Below are positions 1-7,300 of a stretch of 10,339 bases of DNA, in pieces. The DNA is from a candidate division WOR-3 bacterium (lineage in GTDB: Bacteria > Hydrothermota > Tepidihabitantia > SM23-42 > JAOAFX01): contig JBDRWI010000073.1 in the NCBI GenBank assembly GCA_039802265.1, forward strand, positions 1 to 10,339. The letters are read 5' to 3'. Position numbers and translations under genes: made by a program. The notes beneath the pieces were generated by a model. The model made no database searches, had not been told where the DNA came from, and was given only the letters and a program-made list of their open reading frames with translations. How positions within the stretch are numbered: the stretch's first letter is position 1; every line of letters starts with the position of its first letter.

Positions 1-1
1 A

Positions 2-60
2 TTTGACCCCCACGCTCCTTTCCGCCCCCTTGAAGGGGGAGGATAAAGGAGGGGGTGAAA
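2..60. repeat. GC-rich imperfect palindrome (REP/RPE-like) within the A2M coding sequence
   Basis: Nested inverted repeats: TTTGACCCCC (2-11) with GGGGGTGAAA (51-60, one mismatch), CTCCTTT (15-21) with AAAGGAG (45-51), and CCCCCTT (25-31) with AAGGGGG (33-39). Confidence 0.65.
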
Positions 61-545
61 ATACTATTGAGATCCAGCTCAAAGGCGAAGGCAGTTTTCT
101 GTATGAGCTTACGAGTACTTATTATATTCCCTGGAAGGATTTGCCAAAGCCACCGATGCCCCTCTTTGCCATTGACCTGAACTATGACCGTAAGCAACTG
201 GCAATCAATGATTTGGTCAATGTTGATGTTGCTATCAAATTATTAAAGAGTGGTACTGCCCAGATGGTGATGATTGACTTAGGAATTCCACCGGGATTTG
301 AAGTCCAAACCCCGACCCTTGATGAATACGTTAACAAGAAAGTTATTCAGAAATACAGTTTGACTTCGCGCCAGATAATTATCTATATTGAATCAATCTC
401 TGCGGGTAAACCAGTTGAACTTTCCTATAGCCTCAAGGCAAAATATCCGGTTCGGGCAAAGGTTCAGTCTTCAAGGGTCTATGAATACTACAATACTGAC
501 AAAGAGGTAATTGCCGAGCCATTTGAAATTAAGGTGATGAAGTAA
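3..545 (+). CDS. Alpha-2-macroglobulin family protein, C-terminal part (receptor-binding/MG10-like domain); 5' truncated by the window edge
   Basis: The frame is open from the window edge to TAA at 543-545. Motifs MVMIDLGIPPGFEV, 'IIIYIESI...VELSYSLKAKYP' and 'SRVYEYYN' are typical of the A2M C-terminal domain. The TTG start in the ORF track is an edge artefact. Confidence 0.85.
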   Translation: MTPTLLSAPLKGEDKGGGENTIEIQLKGEGSFLYELTSTYYIPWKDLPKPPMPLFAIDLNYDRKQLAINDLVNVDVAIKLLKSGTAQMVMIDLGIPPGFEVQTPTLDEYVNKKVIQKYSLTSRQIIIYIESISAGKPVELSYSLKAKYPVRAKVQSSRVYEYYNTDKEVIAEPFEIKVMK

Positions 546-564
546 TTAACTCTGCATTTGCCTC

Positions 565-592
565 TTGACAGAGATTGAAATATGTATATAAT
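565..592 (+). promoter_or_regulatory. Sigma70-type promoter P1 (TTGACA-16 bp-TATAAT)
   Basis: TTGACA at 565-570 and TATAAT at 587-592, followed by SD AAAGGAGG at 601-608 and ATG at 613. Confidence 0.85.
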
Positions 593-612
593 TGGTGGCG
601 AAAGGAGGCTTT

Positions 613-1431
613 ATGAAAAAACTCTTGGTGTGTGCGATAGGCTGTGCAATGCTTCTTCTTATCGGATGCGGCGGCGGTGGTAAAAGGGCATCAATGGTGG
701 GAACTATTGATTTCTGGTGGGTGAATGCTGACTCAGTGGGAAAATGGTGCACTATTGAAGGGCACAAATGTGATGGTTTCAAGATTATCCCGTTGATAAC
801 GATAAATGAAGATACACTGTCACTGGATAATTTCTACATCGGGTTGACCGATTTTGATTTTAGTGGAGAAATTACCAATCTTGATGACGGCGATGAGTGC
901 AAATTGAAGGTTGATTATGACGAGGGCAAGGCTGAGGCAACCGATACGGTTCCCGGAGAATTTGAGATAACAGAACCCGACGAAAGCGCAGTATTGCACA
1001 AGGGCAACAGCCTTGATATAGAGTGGGAATCAAGCAATGGCGCGCAATGGTACTGGCTTGATGTTGATGTTTGGTACGATTATCTTGATAACAACGGCAA
1101 CTGGGATGAGTTTGAGTATGAGCTGGATACAATAATAGAAGGGACTTCATACACAATCAGTGCCAGCACCCTGTTTCCGAGTGATGTTGACACGATTCTC
1201 TGGGGTGGAGGTGATGTCTATGTAACGGCAGTAAATGGTCCCAAGTATGAACCCGGTTCCAAGGGCAATGTAAAAGGCAATGCAGTGGGTTTCTTCTGGT
1301 GCAGTTATCAACCAAAACCTGTCTGGTTTGATGTTGAGCAACTTGCCCAGAAACCTAAGAAAGACCGCAGTGCCGAGATTAGAAAGAGACACCTTGAGGC
1401 ACTCAGGGAATTTGCCGCCGAGAACGAATAG
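613..1431 (+). CDS. Acidic lipoprotein of unknown function with a probable Ig/FN3-like beta-sandwich
   Basis: ATG 613 follows SD AAAGGAGG, so the track start at 592 is probably too early. Signal peptide II is MKKLLVCAIGCAMLLLIG-C-GGGG. The segment EITEPDESAVLHKGNSLDIEWESSNGAQWYWLDV is Ig/FN3-like. Confidence 0.8.
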   Translation: MKKLLVCAIGCAMLLLIGCGGGGKRASMVGTIDFWWVNADSVGKWCTIEGHKCDGFKIIPLITINEDTLSLDNFYIGLTDFDFSGEITNLDDGDECKLKVDYDEGKAEATDTVPGEFEITEPDESAVLHKGNSLDIEWESSNGAQWYWLDVDVWYDYLDNNGNWDEFEYELDTIIEGTSYTISASTLFPSDVDTILWGGGDVYVTAVNGPKYEPGSKGNVKGNAVGFFWCSYQPKPVWFDVEQLAQKPKKDRSAEIRKRHLEALREFAAENE

Positions 1432-1456
1432 AACAGCCTAAGAAGAAGCAAAGAAT

Positions 1457-1488
1457 AAAAAGGGGCGGTGAAAAACCGCCCCTTTTTT
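1457..1488. terminator. Bidirectional intrinsic terminator between convergent lipoprotein genes
   Basis: AAAAAGGGGCGGT-GAAAA-ACCGCCCCTTTTTT forms a perfect stem with an A tract on the left and a T tract on the right. Confidence 0.92.
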
Positions 1489-1506
1489 CTGTTATTTTAA
1501 CCGATT

Positions 1507-2358
1507 TTAATTTCCGGGTGAGAAGTATGGGAAATTAGGATTATCCTGATAGGCATAGGTTATCGTCACTGTCTTATTGGTTTTATCAATTGCATCCACA
1601 TGAATTTTCACATAATTGCCATCCTGGGTCTTGGCAATTATCAGGTCGCCCTCTGCTACACCGACATAATTTTGAGAAGGTTCGGTGGTCACATTGTAGA
1701 CCTCATCCAGTTCGTACTGTCCAATATTTACGAAGTCTGTATTGCGTGCATTGACTCCATATTGAGAATGATGGTCTGGAGAGTCAAAGGCAACGGTATC
1801 GTTGGGTGCGGTTCCAAAATAGTCAACCCACATATCGGCACCGCCATTTGCCATTGCTGAGTCGGCCATAATGGTGGCATCAGAGAATCTTATTGCGCAG
1901 TCAGCGTCCGGTCCGCTCCCGATTTCAAACTTCACTGTCGCCGTAAACTCGGGTCTGGGAGATGCCTTTACATAGGGTCTTTGGGTGTTATATTCACCAA
2001 CTTTATCGTCGGTATTTACGGTTCTCACCTGAATGTAGTATATCAGGGAATCTTCAAGATCAGTTATGGTATAAGTAGTATCTGTTAGGGCAGTTGTATT
2101 AATCGGGCTGAGTGAGTCTTCAGCAGTTTCGGCATCAACCAATAAATCGGATGAGTCAGTAGAAATATAGACATAGTATCCCTTGAAATCTGCACTGCTG
2201 GCAACGGCAGAATCCGGCTTCCAGGTAATGGTTATAGACTGATGCTCCATTACCACTCTGGTTATCTCCGGTGCGGCGAGTTTCTCTGCTTCACCACCGC
2301 AACCAGCAAGTATAATCATTGCCGCAAGGGCAACAAGACCAAACATTACTCTTTTCAT
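1507..2358 (-). CDS. Lipoprotein with an N-terminal fibronectin type III domain and a C-terminal beta domain with HmuY-like tail
   Basis: Lipobox ILAG-C and SD AAAGGAG upstream of the ATG. FN3 pattern: LAAPEIT...SITITWKP...FKGYYVYIS...TTYTITDLEDSLIYYIQVRTVN. C-terminus: GDLIIAKTQDGNYVKIHV...TVTITYAYQ. Confidence 0.8.
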   Translation of the reverse strand: MKRVMFGLVALAAMIILAGCGGEAEKLAAPEITRVVMEHQSITITWKPDSAVASSADFKGYYVYISTDSSDLLVDAETAEDSLSPINTTALTDTTYTITDLEDSLIYYIQVRTVNTDDKVGEYNTQRPYVKASPRPEFTATVKFEIGSGPDADCAIRFSDATIMADSAMANGGADMWVDYFGTAPNDTVAFDSPDHHSQYGVNARNTDFVNIGQYELDEVYNVTTEPSQNYVGVAEGDLIIAKTQDGNYVKIHVDAIDKTNKTVTITYAYQDNPNFPYFSPGN

Positions 2359-2388
2359 CTTTTACTCCTTTCTTTATTAACAGATTGC

Positions 2389-2446
2389 GCGGAGACCGCA
2401 GAATATTTGCGGAAACCGCAAAACGGATGTTCCCAGGCACACCCGT
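2389..2446 (-). promoter_or_regulatory. Three tandem hairpins/palindromes in a ~155-nt 5' leader
   Basis: GCGGAGACCGCA (2389-2400) and GCGGAAACCGCA (2409-2420) repeat with a 20-bp period, and each is a GCGG-N3-CCGC palindrome. A third stem is ACGGATGT (2423-2430) with ACACCCGT (2439-2446), which has one G-U pair on the minus-strand RNA. Confidence 0.55.
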
Positions 2447-2518
2447 AAAGCCCATCTTTCTCACCTTTTTATATGCCCTCAATCACCTCCTTTCGTATTT
2501 CTTATCTTAATTATACTA

Positions 2519-2546
2519 ATTATAATCAAATTTTAACTTTTGTCAA
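2519..2546 (-). promoter_or_regulatory. Sigma70-type promoter P2 (TTGACA-16 bp-TATAAT)
   Basis: On the minus strand, TTGACA is at 2546-2541 and TATAAT at 2524-2519. A second TATAAT lies at 2515-2510. Confidence 0.8.
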
Positions 2547-2554
2547 TGTCTTTT

Positions 2555-2971
2555 TTAATCAAAGAGTTCCTGTTCGGAAAAGAAGAATTTGATCTCCCTT
2601 TCTGGGTCTTCATCAGGTGCTGAGGCATGGACAACATTCTCTCCCACTGATGTGCCATAGAGGTTTCTGATTGTTCCCGGGGCTGCCTTTTTGGGGTCGG
2701 TTGCACCAACGACCTCGCGTAATTTCTTTGGTGCATCAGGATATTTAAGACAGGCAACGACGATCGGTCCTGAGGAGATAAAATCCACAAGCCAGTTATA
2801 AAAATCCTTTCCCTTGTGTATCTCATAGAATTTACCGCCCTGCTCTTTATTCAGCCAGACCATCTTCATTCCGATAATCTTAAATCCTGCATCTAAAATG
2901 TGCTTCAGGATATTGCCAATCAAATTCCTCTTTACCGCATCCGGTTTTATAATCAATAGCGTCCGGTTCAT
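2555..2971 (-). CDS. ndk: Nucleoside diphosphate kinase
   Basis: Motifs RTLLIIKPDAV, FYEIHKGKDFY, SGPIV, GATDP, PGTIR and NVVHAS (catalytic His) are present in 138 aa. The start overlaps the upstream stop as ATGA. Confidence 0.97.
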   Translation of the reverse strand: MNRTLLIIKPDAVKRNLIGNILKHILDAGFKIIGMKMVWLNKEQGGKFYEIHKGKDFYNWLVDFISSGPIVVACLKYPDAPKKLREVVGATDPKKAAPGTIRNLYGTSVGENVVHASAPDEDPEREIKFFFSEQELFD

Positions 2972-3402
2972 AGCGAGACCTCCACAGGATAACTTATCTC
3001 ACCCAATTTTGTCTTGACATATGCCTTCCCCTTGATTTTGTATTCTGCCTTTTTTAACCTCAGCGCCTCAACGATTGCATCACCGATTTTTGTATATTCA
3101 AGGGTTATGGTAGTTGTGAATTTTTCTGATTTTCCGGCGGGAATCTTTATTCCCTTGCCTGTTGTTCCAGAAAAGACATCGGTCTGGTTGACATAAAATG
3201 TGTAATCAAGTTTGTCCAGGATTGCATCTACTTTATTGGGATTCTGTGCCTTTAATTCAAAGTCAAGTTTCAGATTGGAAAATGTAAAATCATAAGGATT
3301 GGCAGAAAGGAGTGTGAATTTACACTCCTTTATTGCAAGACGCTCCTTTATTGCGGAGCAGGAGATAAACAGAATTGAAATAAATATAATTATACTCTTC
3401 AT
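2968..3402 (-). CDS. LEA type 2 / WHy-domain lipoprotein
   Basis: Lipobox FIS-C. The WHy signature is present as LKAQNPNKVDAILDKLDYTFYVN...SG...IKIPAGKS, followed by YKIKGKAYV. Confidence 0.85.
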   Translation of the reverse strand: MKSIIIFISILFISCSAIKERLAIKECKFTLLSANPYDFTFSNLKLDFELKAQNPNKVDAILDKLDYTFYVNQTDVFSGTTGKGIKIPAGKSEKFTTTITLEYTKIGDAIVEALRLKKAEYKIKGKAYVKTKLGEISYPVEVSL

Positions 3403-3408
3403 AAATAG

Positions 3409-3436
3409 AGTATACTCAAAATAGGAATAAAATCAA
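3409..3436 (-). promoter_or_regulatory. Sigma70-type promoter P3 (TTGATT-16 bp-TATACT), probably leaderless
   Basis: On the minus strand, TTGATT is at 3436-3431 and TATACT at 3414-3409. Only 6 nt separate the -10 from ATG 3402, and there is no SD. Confidence 0.65.
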
Positions 3437-3482
3437 GGCCATCTTTTAAATCTGCAGATTTGTTTCAAAATTAAGATTTATT

Positions 3483-3512
3483 AAAAAGAAGGGGAGCCGT
3501 GCCCCCCTTCTT
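3483..3512 (-). terminator. Intrinsic terminator downstream of the 248-aa lipoprotein gene
   Basis: The minus strand reads AAGAAGGGGGGC-ACG-GCTCCCCTTCTTTTT, beginning 5 nt after the stop codon. Confidence 0.85.
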
Positions 3513-3517
3513 ATGTG

Positions 3518-4264
3518 TTAACTTTCGTATCTATTCAGTTTGAAGTAGTGTTTGACCTTCCAGTCTTCACTCAACAGGGTATAATAACCATCATAGCCAT
3601 TGGAATCCGGTTCGGCAAAGAATTCAAACTTTACAAAGATTGTCTGGTCAAACTTGGCCCAGTTATCATCGGTTGTCCCTGAACCATCAGCGGCAAAACG
3701 GAATTGAGCAGTAAGTCTTATATCCGGAGAAGTAGTAATATCAATACTCGCTGATTCATCAATGTTACTCACATCAAATGCATATTTATACCAGGTTTTG
3801 TCCCAGTTCCATTTGAAGTCACCGGTGACATGAGTAGTATCAGGAATTCCTACTACTGCCCTGAACCAGATATCACGGTGGTCGGCAAGGAGACCAATAT
3901 CCATAGACACAACTGGACTGTCCTGATAAGTAGTGTCCCAGATATCTGGGGTGAACATCAGATAAAGATGCCCGGAATCAATCGGTGTTCCAGCACTGTC
4001 AACGGGGAACTTGAAGATGCAGCGATAATATAAATCACCCCATTCTTCAGGAACATCAAAGGCAGAAGGACCTTCCCAGTAGGGTGGTGTATGCAAGTGC
4101 TGGGGATTTTTAAATGCATCCACATTGGTCATCATTCCTAACAGTGCAAGACCCTGGACCAGGTTTTCGGCATTACTCAGTTCCTCCTCATCGGTCTTTT
4201 TCCCGCAGCCAACAAAAAGACAAAGCAGGAACACCATACCTACAACCACGAGTTTATTTTTCAT
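3518..4264 (-). CDS. Hypothetical lipoprotein (acidic, aromatic-rich, predicted beta-rich)
   Basis: Signal peptide II is MKNKLVVVGMVFLLCLFVG-C-GKK. It has SD AAGGGGG, its own promoter and a terminator. No family was recognised. Confidence 0.8.
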   Translation of the reverse strand: MKNKLVVVGMVFLLCLFVGCGKKTDEEELSNAENLVQGLALLGMMTNVDAFKNPQHLHTPPYWEGPSAFDVPEEWGDLYYRCIFKFPVDSAGTPIDSGHLYLMFTPDIWDTTYQDSPVVSMDIGLLADHRDIWFRAVVGIPDTTHVTGDFKWNWDKTWYKYAFDVSNIDESASIDITTSPDIRLTAQFRFAADGSGTTDDNWAKFDQTIFVKFEFFAEPDSNGYDGYYTLLSEDWKVKHYFKLNRYES

Positions 4265-4285
4265 AATACCCCCTTTTTATGATAG

Positions 4286-4313
4286 ATTATACCCATAATA
4301 AAACAATTGTCAA
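4286..4313 (-). promoter_or_regulatory. Sigma70-type promoter P4 (TTGACA-16 bp-TATAAT)
   Basis: On the minus strand, TTGACA is at 4313-4308 and TATAAT at 4291-4286, followed by a short leader with SD and ATG 4264. Confidence 0.85.
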
Positions 4314-4332
4314 GTATGAAGTATTTTCTAAC

Positions 4333-7300
4333 CTATTTTGTCTTAACTATCTTTTCAACAATCTTTTCTCCTTTTTCTGTTTTTATAATAAGATAATAAA
4401 CACCGTTGGCAATTTTTCTATCAATGAGATTTTTGAGGTTATAGGCATTCATCTTCGGAGAATAGTCTATTGGTCGGGAATACATTTTTCTACCCATTAT
4501 ATCAAATAGTTCAACGGTTATTGGTCCTGAGTAATTCAGATTAATATAGACAATCGGTGAGTTGGTGAATGGATTGGGTGAAACCAGGACTCTATCTGAG
4601 CCATGATTAACCTCCGGTGATGAAATTTCTTTATCTTCTATTACTGTGGTATACGGAATATGAATGGTCTGAATCGGGTCGCCGAAGAGATTTAGGGCAT
4701 ACATACTCCAGCGATACCAGTTGTTTGAATTCGCTGTGGCGATGAGATCCGCCTTACCAAGATGGAAGTCGTATCCCCTACCGGGTGAGTGGGAAAATAG
4801 TTTATTAAAGATGTGGTTCATAAAATCGGCTGAATACTGGGTCTGTGGATTCTGTCCTGAAATGAACCAGCCAAAACGAGAATTAGTCATGGCACACACA
4901 CCGCCACCTGATGCGGCATTAACGAAGTGTTCTGTAATACAATCGGAGACATCAAATGCACCAATTAAACAGGCGATACTCGTAAATATTGTATATTCGG
5001 GCTGATTGGTTAGGTTATCCATATCTGTATTACCAAAACCCCAGTTATGATTGACATATCCAATTCCCATCCAGGTCTCACTGCCGTGGTCAATATGAAA
5101 CCAGATATTCTGGCCGTTATTCAAGGCGGTTCTCGTTGTATCAGCATGATTGCCCCCATGTGTATCATAAACCCTCTTTTTTATGTATCCAGTTGGTAAG
5201 GTATTGTAGTATTGTTCTAAGGTCGTTTCACCGTGGGTATTTGCGTCAAGGTCAAAACCGGTGAGCAGAATATTAGTCTGGTGTGAGGTGGTGCTGTAGT
5301 AATTCTGGAATCGGTTTGTAAACCTGGTAATATCGGTTGATGAACCAACCGTTGCCCTTCCTAACCAGACATCGGGATACATATCAACATTATCACCGGG
5401 TTCACCATAAGTACCATTGCCATTTCCATCCCAGTTTCCCTGGAGATCGGCATAATATAAATCGCAAGGTATTGTATCATACCAGCCACCATAGCCTGAT
5501 ACGACACCAGAGAATGTCTTCCGATAAGGTACAATGTCAACATCGCCGCCAAGAAGGATATACTGAGTAGAATGATTATTCACCGCATCAATGATAAAGT
5601 TTCTAATTTTTGTTTGATTGTCAACACCAGAATAGTTAGCATAGATATATTCTGTAGTTACGACTGTATCGGTAATGCCGTAGGTTGAACGAATAAATGA
5701 GCGGAAATTTGCCCAGTTTGGTTTTAAGGTATTATTGGTAATAATCACATGGTCCCAACCAAGAGTCCCACCGCCACTTCCCCAGGTGAATGTCCGTGAG
5801 TACTTATTGTCAGATTCATTTGATTCCGCGACTACATTTGTTGAATCGGCGAATGTCATCAAGGTATGGTCTCCCGCAGTAAATGTATATGTCCAGTCTT
5901 CAACATAGGCATACCAGTTTGGGGGTAGTGAGTCTGTATACCAACCTCCGATGGGCACATTGTCCGAATATAGATAAGTGTAAAATGTAGGTCTTGCGGT
6001 TGCCGTACCATTATTGATTATTGCCCAGTCAATATAGGTTGTTGCACCACCTTGTAGATTGGGACCAACGGTATGTGTACCTGCAACCGAAGAGGGTACA
6101 ATTGGATAATCCCAGCCCGAAGGTGTATAATAGGTAAGATTGGGCTGGCCCGCCGCAGAAACCCATTCATACTGGTCAATCTTAAATCCCCAACGCTGAA
6201 CAGAAGCATCGGTGGTAAGTACTACCCTTATATAATTTCCCTGCCCCCAGTTTGACCAGAAATTTGTGCCATAATCACCGGAGTATGAATTTAATAGATT
6301 ACCATTGGCATCATAGACATAGACATAATCATAACCGGATTCGGTATTGAGTTTTGCAAAATGGACCCTCATTTGAATTGAACCCTGGTCCTGTGGACCA
6401 TAGACATAATAGGTCTGATTTATGCTATTTGGATAATTGTGCGCCGATTCAACGCGATGTTCCCTGAAGAAGTTAAAATAATTTACCAACCAGCCATAAT
6501 ACTGCACTGAGCCATCAGATTTTAATCTTGAGCGCTCATGGAGTTGAGTGGTAAAACTACTATTATATGTGGACCAGTTGCTCCAGACATTATCATATTG
6601 TCCTGACCAGATATTGAGGATTGTTGTATTATTTAAATCGTAGCAAAAGACTGTATCATAATTCGGTTCAGTATGTATTGAGTCATAATAGAAACAAACC
6701 TCACCAAGCCAATCATTTGTTGGTCCATACATGTCTATATATTCATTTGTATTCGGTTGATAAGGATGCTGGGAATTTTGATAGAGGCAGGGACCACCAA
6801 CCTGTATGTAATCAACATCAAATCCATAACCGGTAATTGAACCATCGGTCACAATTCTTACCCGGAATGTTGGTCCATCACCCCAGGCTGACCAGGTTGC
6901 TCCATAGGAACCAGAGTATGTGTTCAGAAGCGTCCCGTCGTTGTCATACACATAAACATAGTCATAACCACTCTCAGTATTGATCTGAGAAAAATGGATA
7001 CACATCCAGTTATTTTCTGGTGGTCCGTAGACATAGTAGTCCTGGGTAAAATTATTTGAATATGGATGGGGAGAAGAGATATAGGCATTAACCACTGCCT
7101 CAGGATTCTCCGACCTGGGTATGGCTGGGTGGGGTGCTTCCAGATGGGGTTTGTGGATAACATATTTGGATTCGGTATTTCTTACCGACTCTTTATTCTG
7201 TTTTTCAATTTCAGAATCACTCTTTTTTATTGTAGTCCTTCCTATAATTTTAATGCCTTCAATCGGCGTTGTGGTGGTCAGGAGAGAAAATTTATGCCCG

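Noticed and set aside
592..612. ORF-track start at 592 (MVAKGGF extension)
   Set aside because: It overlaps the -10 box and contains the SD. ATG 613 gives a canonical lipoprotein signal peptide.
2389..2420. Twin 12-bp repeats as a mini CRISPR array
   Set aside because: There are only two units with an 8-bp spacer, far too short, and no cas genes are present.
2291..2482. 63-aa minus-strand ORF with a Cys-rich tail (CCPC...C) as a RiPP or metal-binding peptide
   Set aside because: The Cys-rich part is the out-of-frame reading of the lipoprotein's signal-peptide codons, and no modification enzymes are nearby. It is kept only as a possible uORF.
2359..2512. Known riboswitch (c-di-GMP, TPP, SAM, cobalamin) or tRNA in the long leader
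   Set aside because: I could not find the conserved core motifs or a cloverleaf by eye. An Rfam scan would be decisive.
6163..7083. Repeats 1 and 3 in the peptidase as a DGR template/variable repeat pair
   Set aside because: Both copies are in frame within one protein and differ at synonymous and non-adenine positions. No reverse transcriptase is present, so this is ordinary domain duplication.
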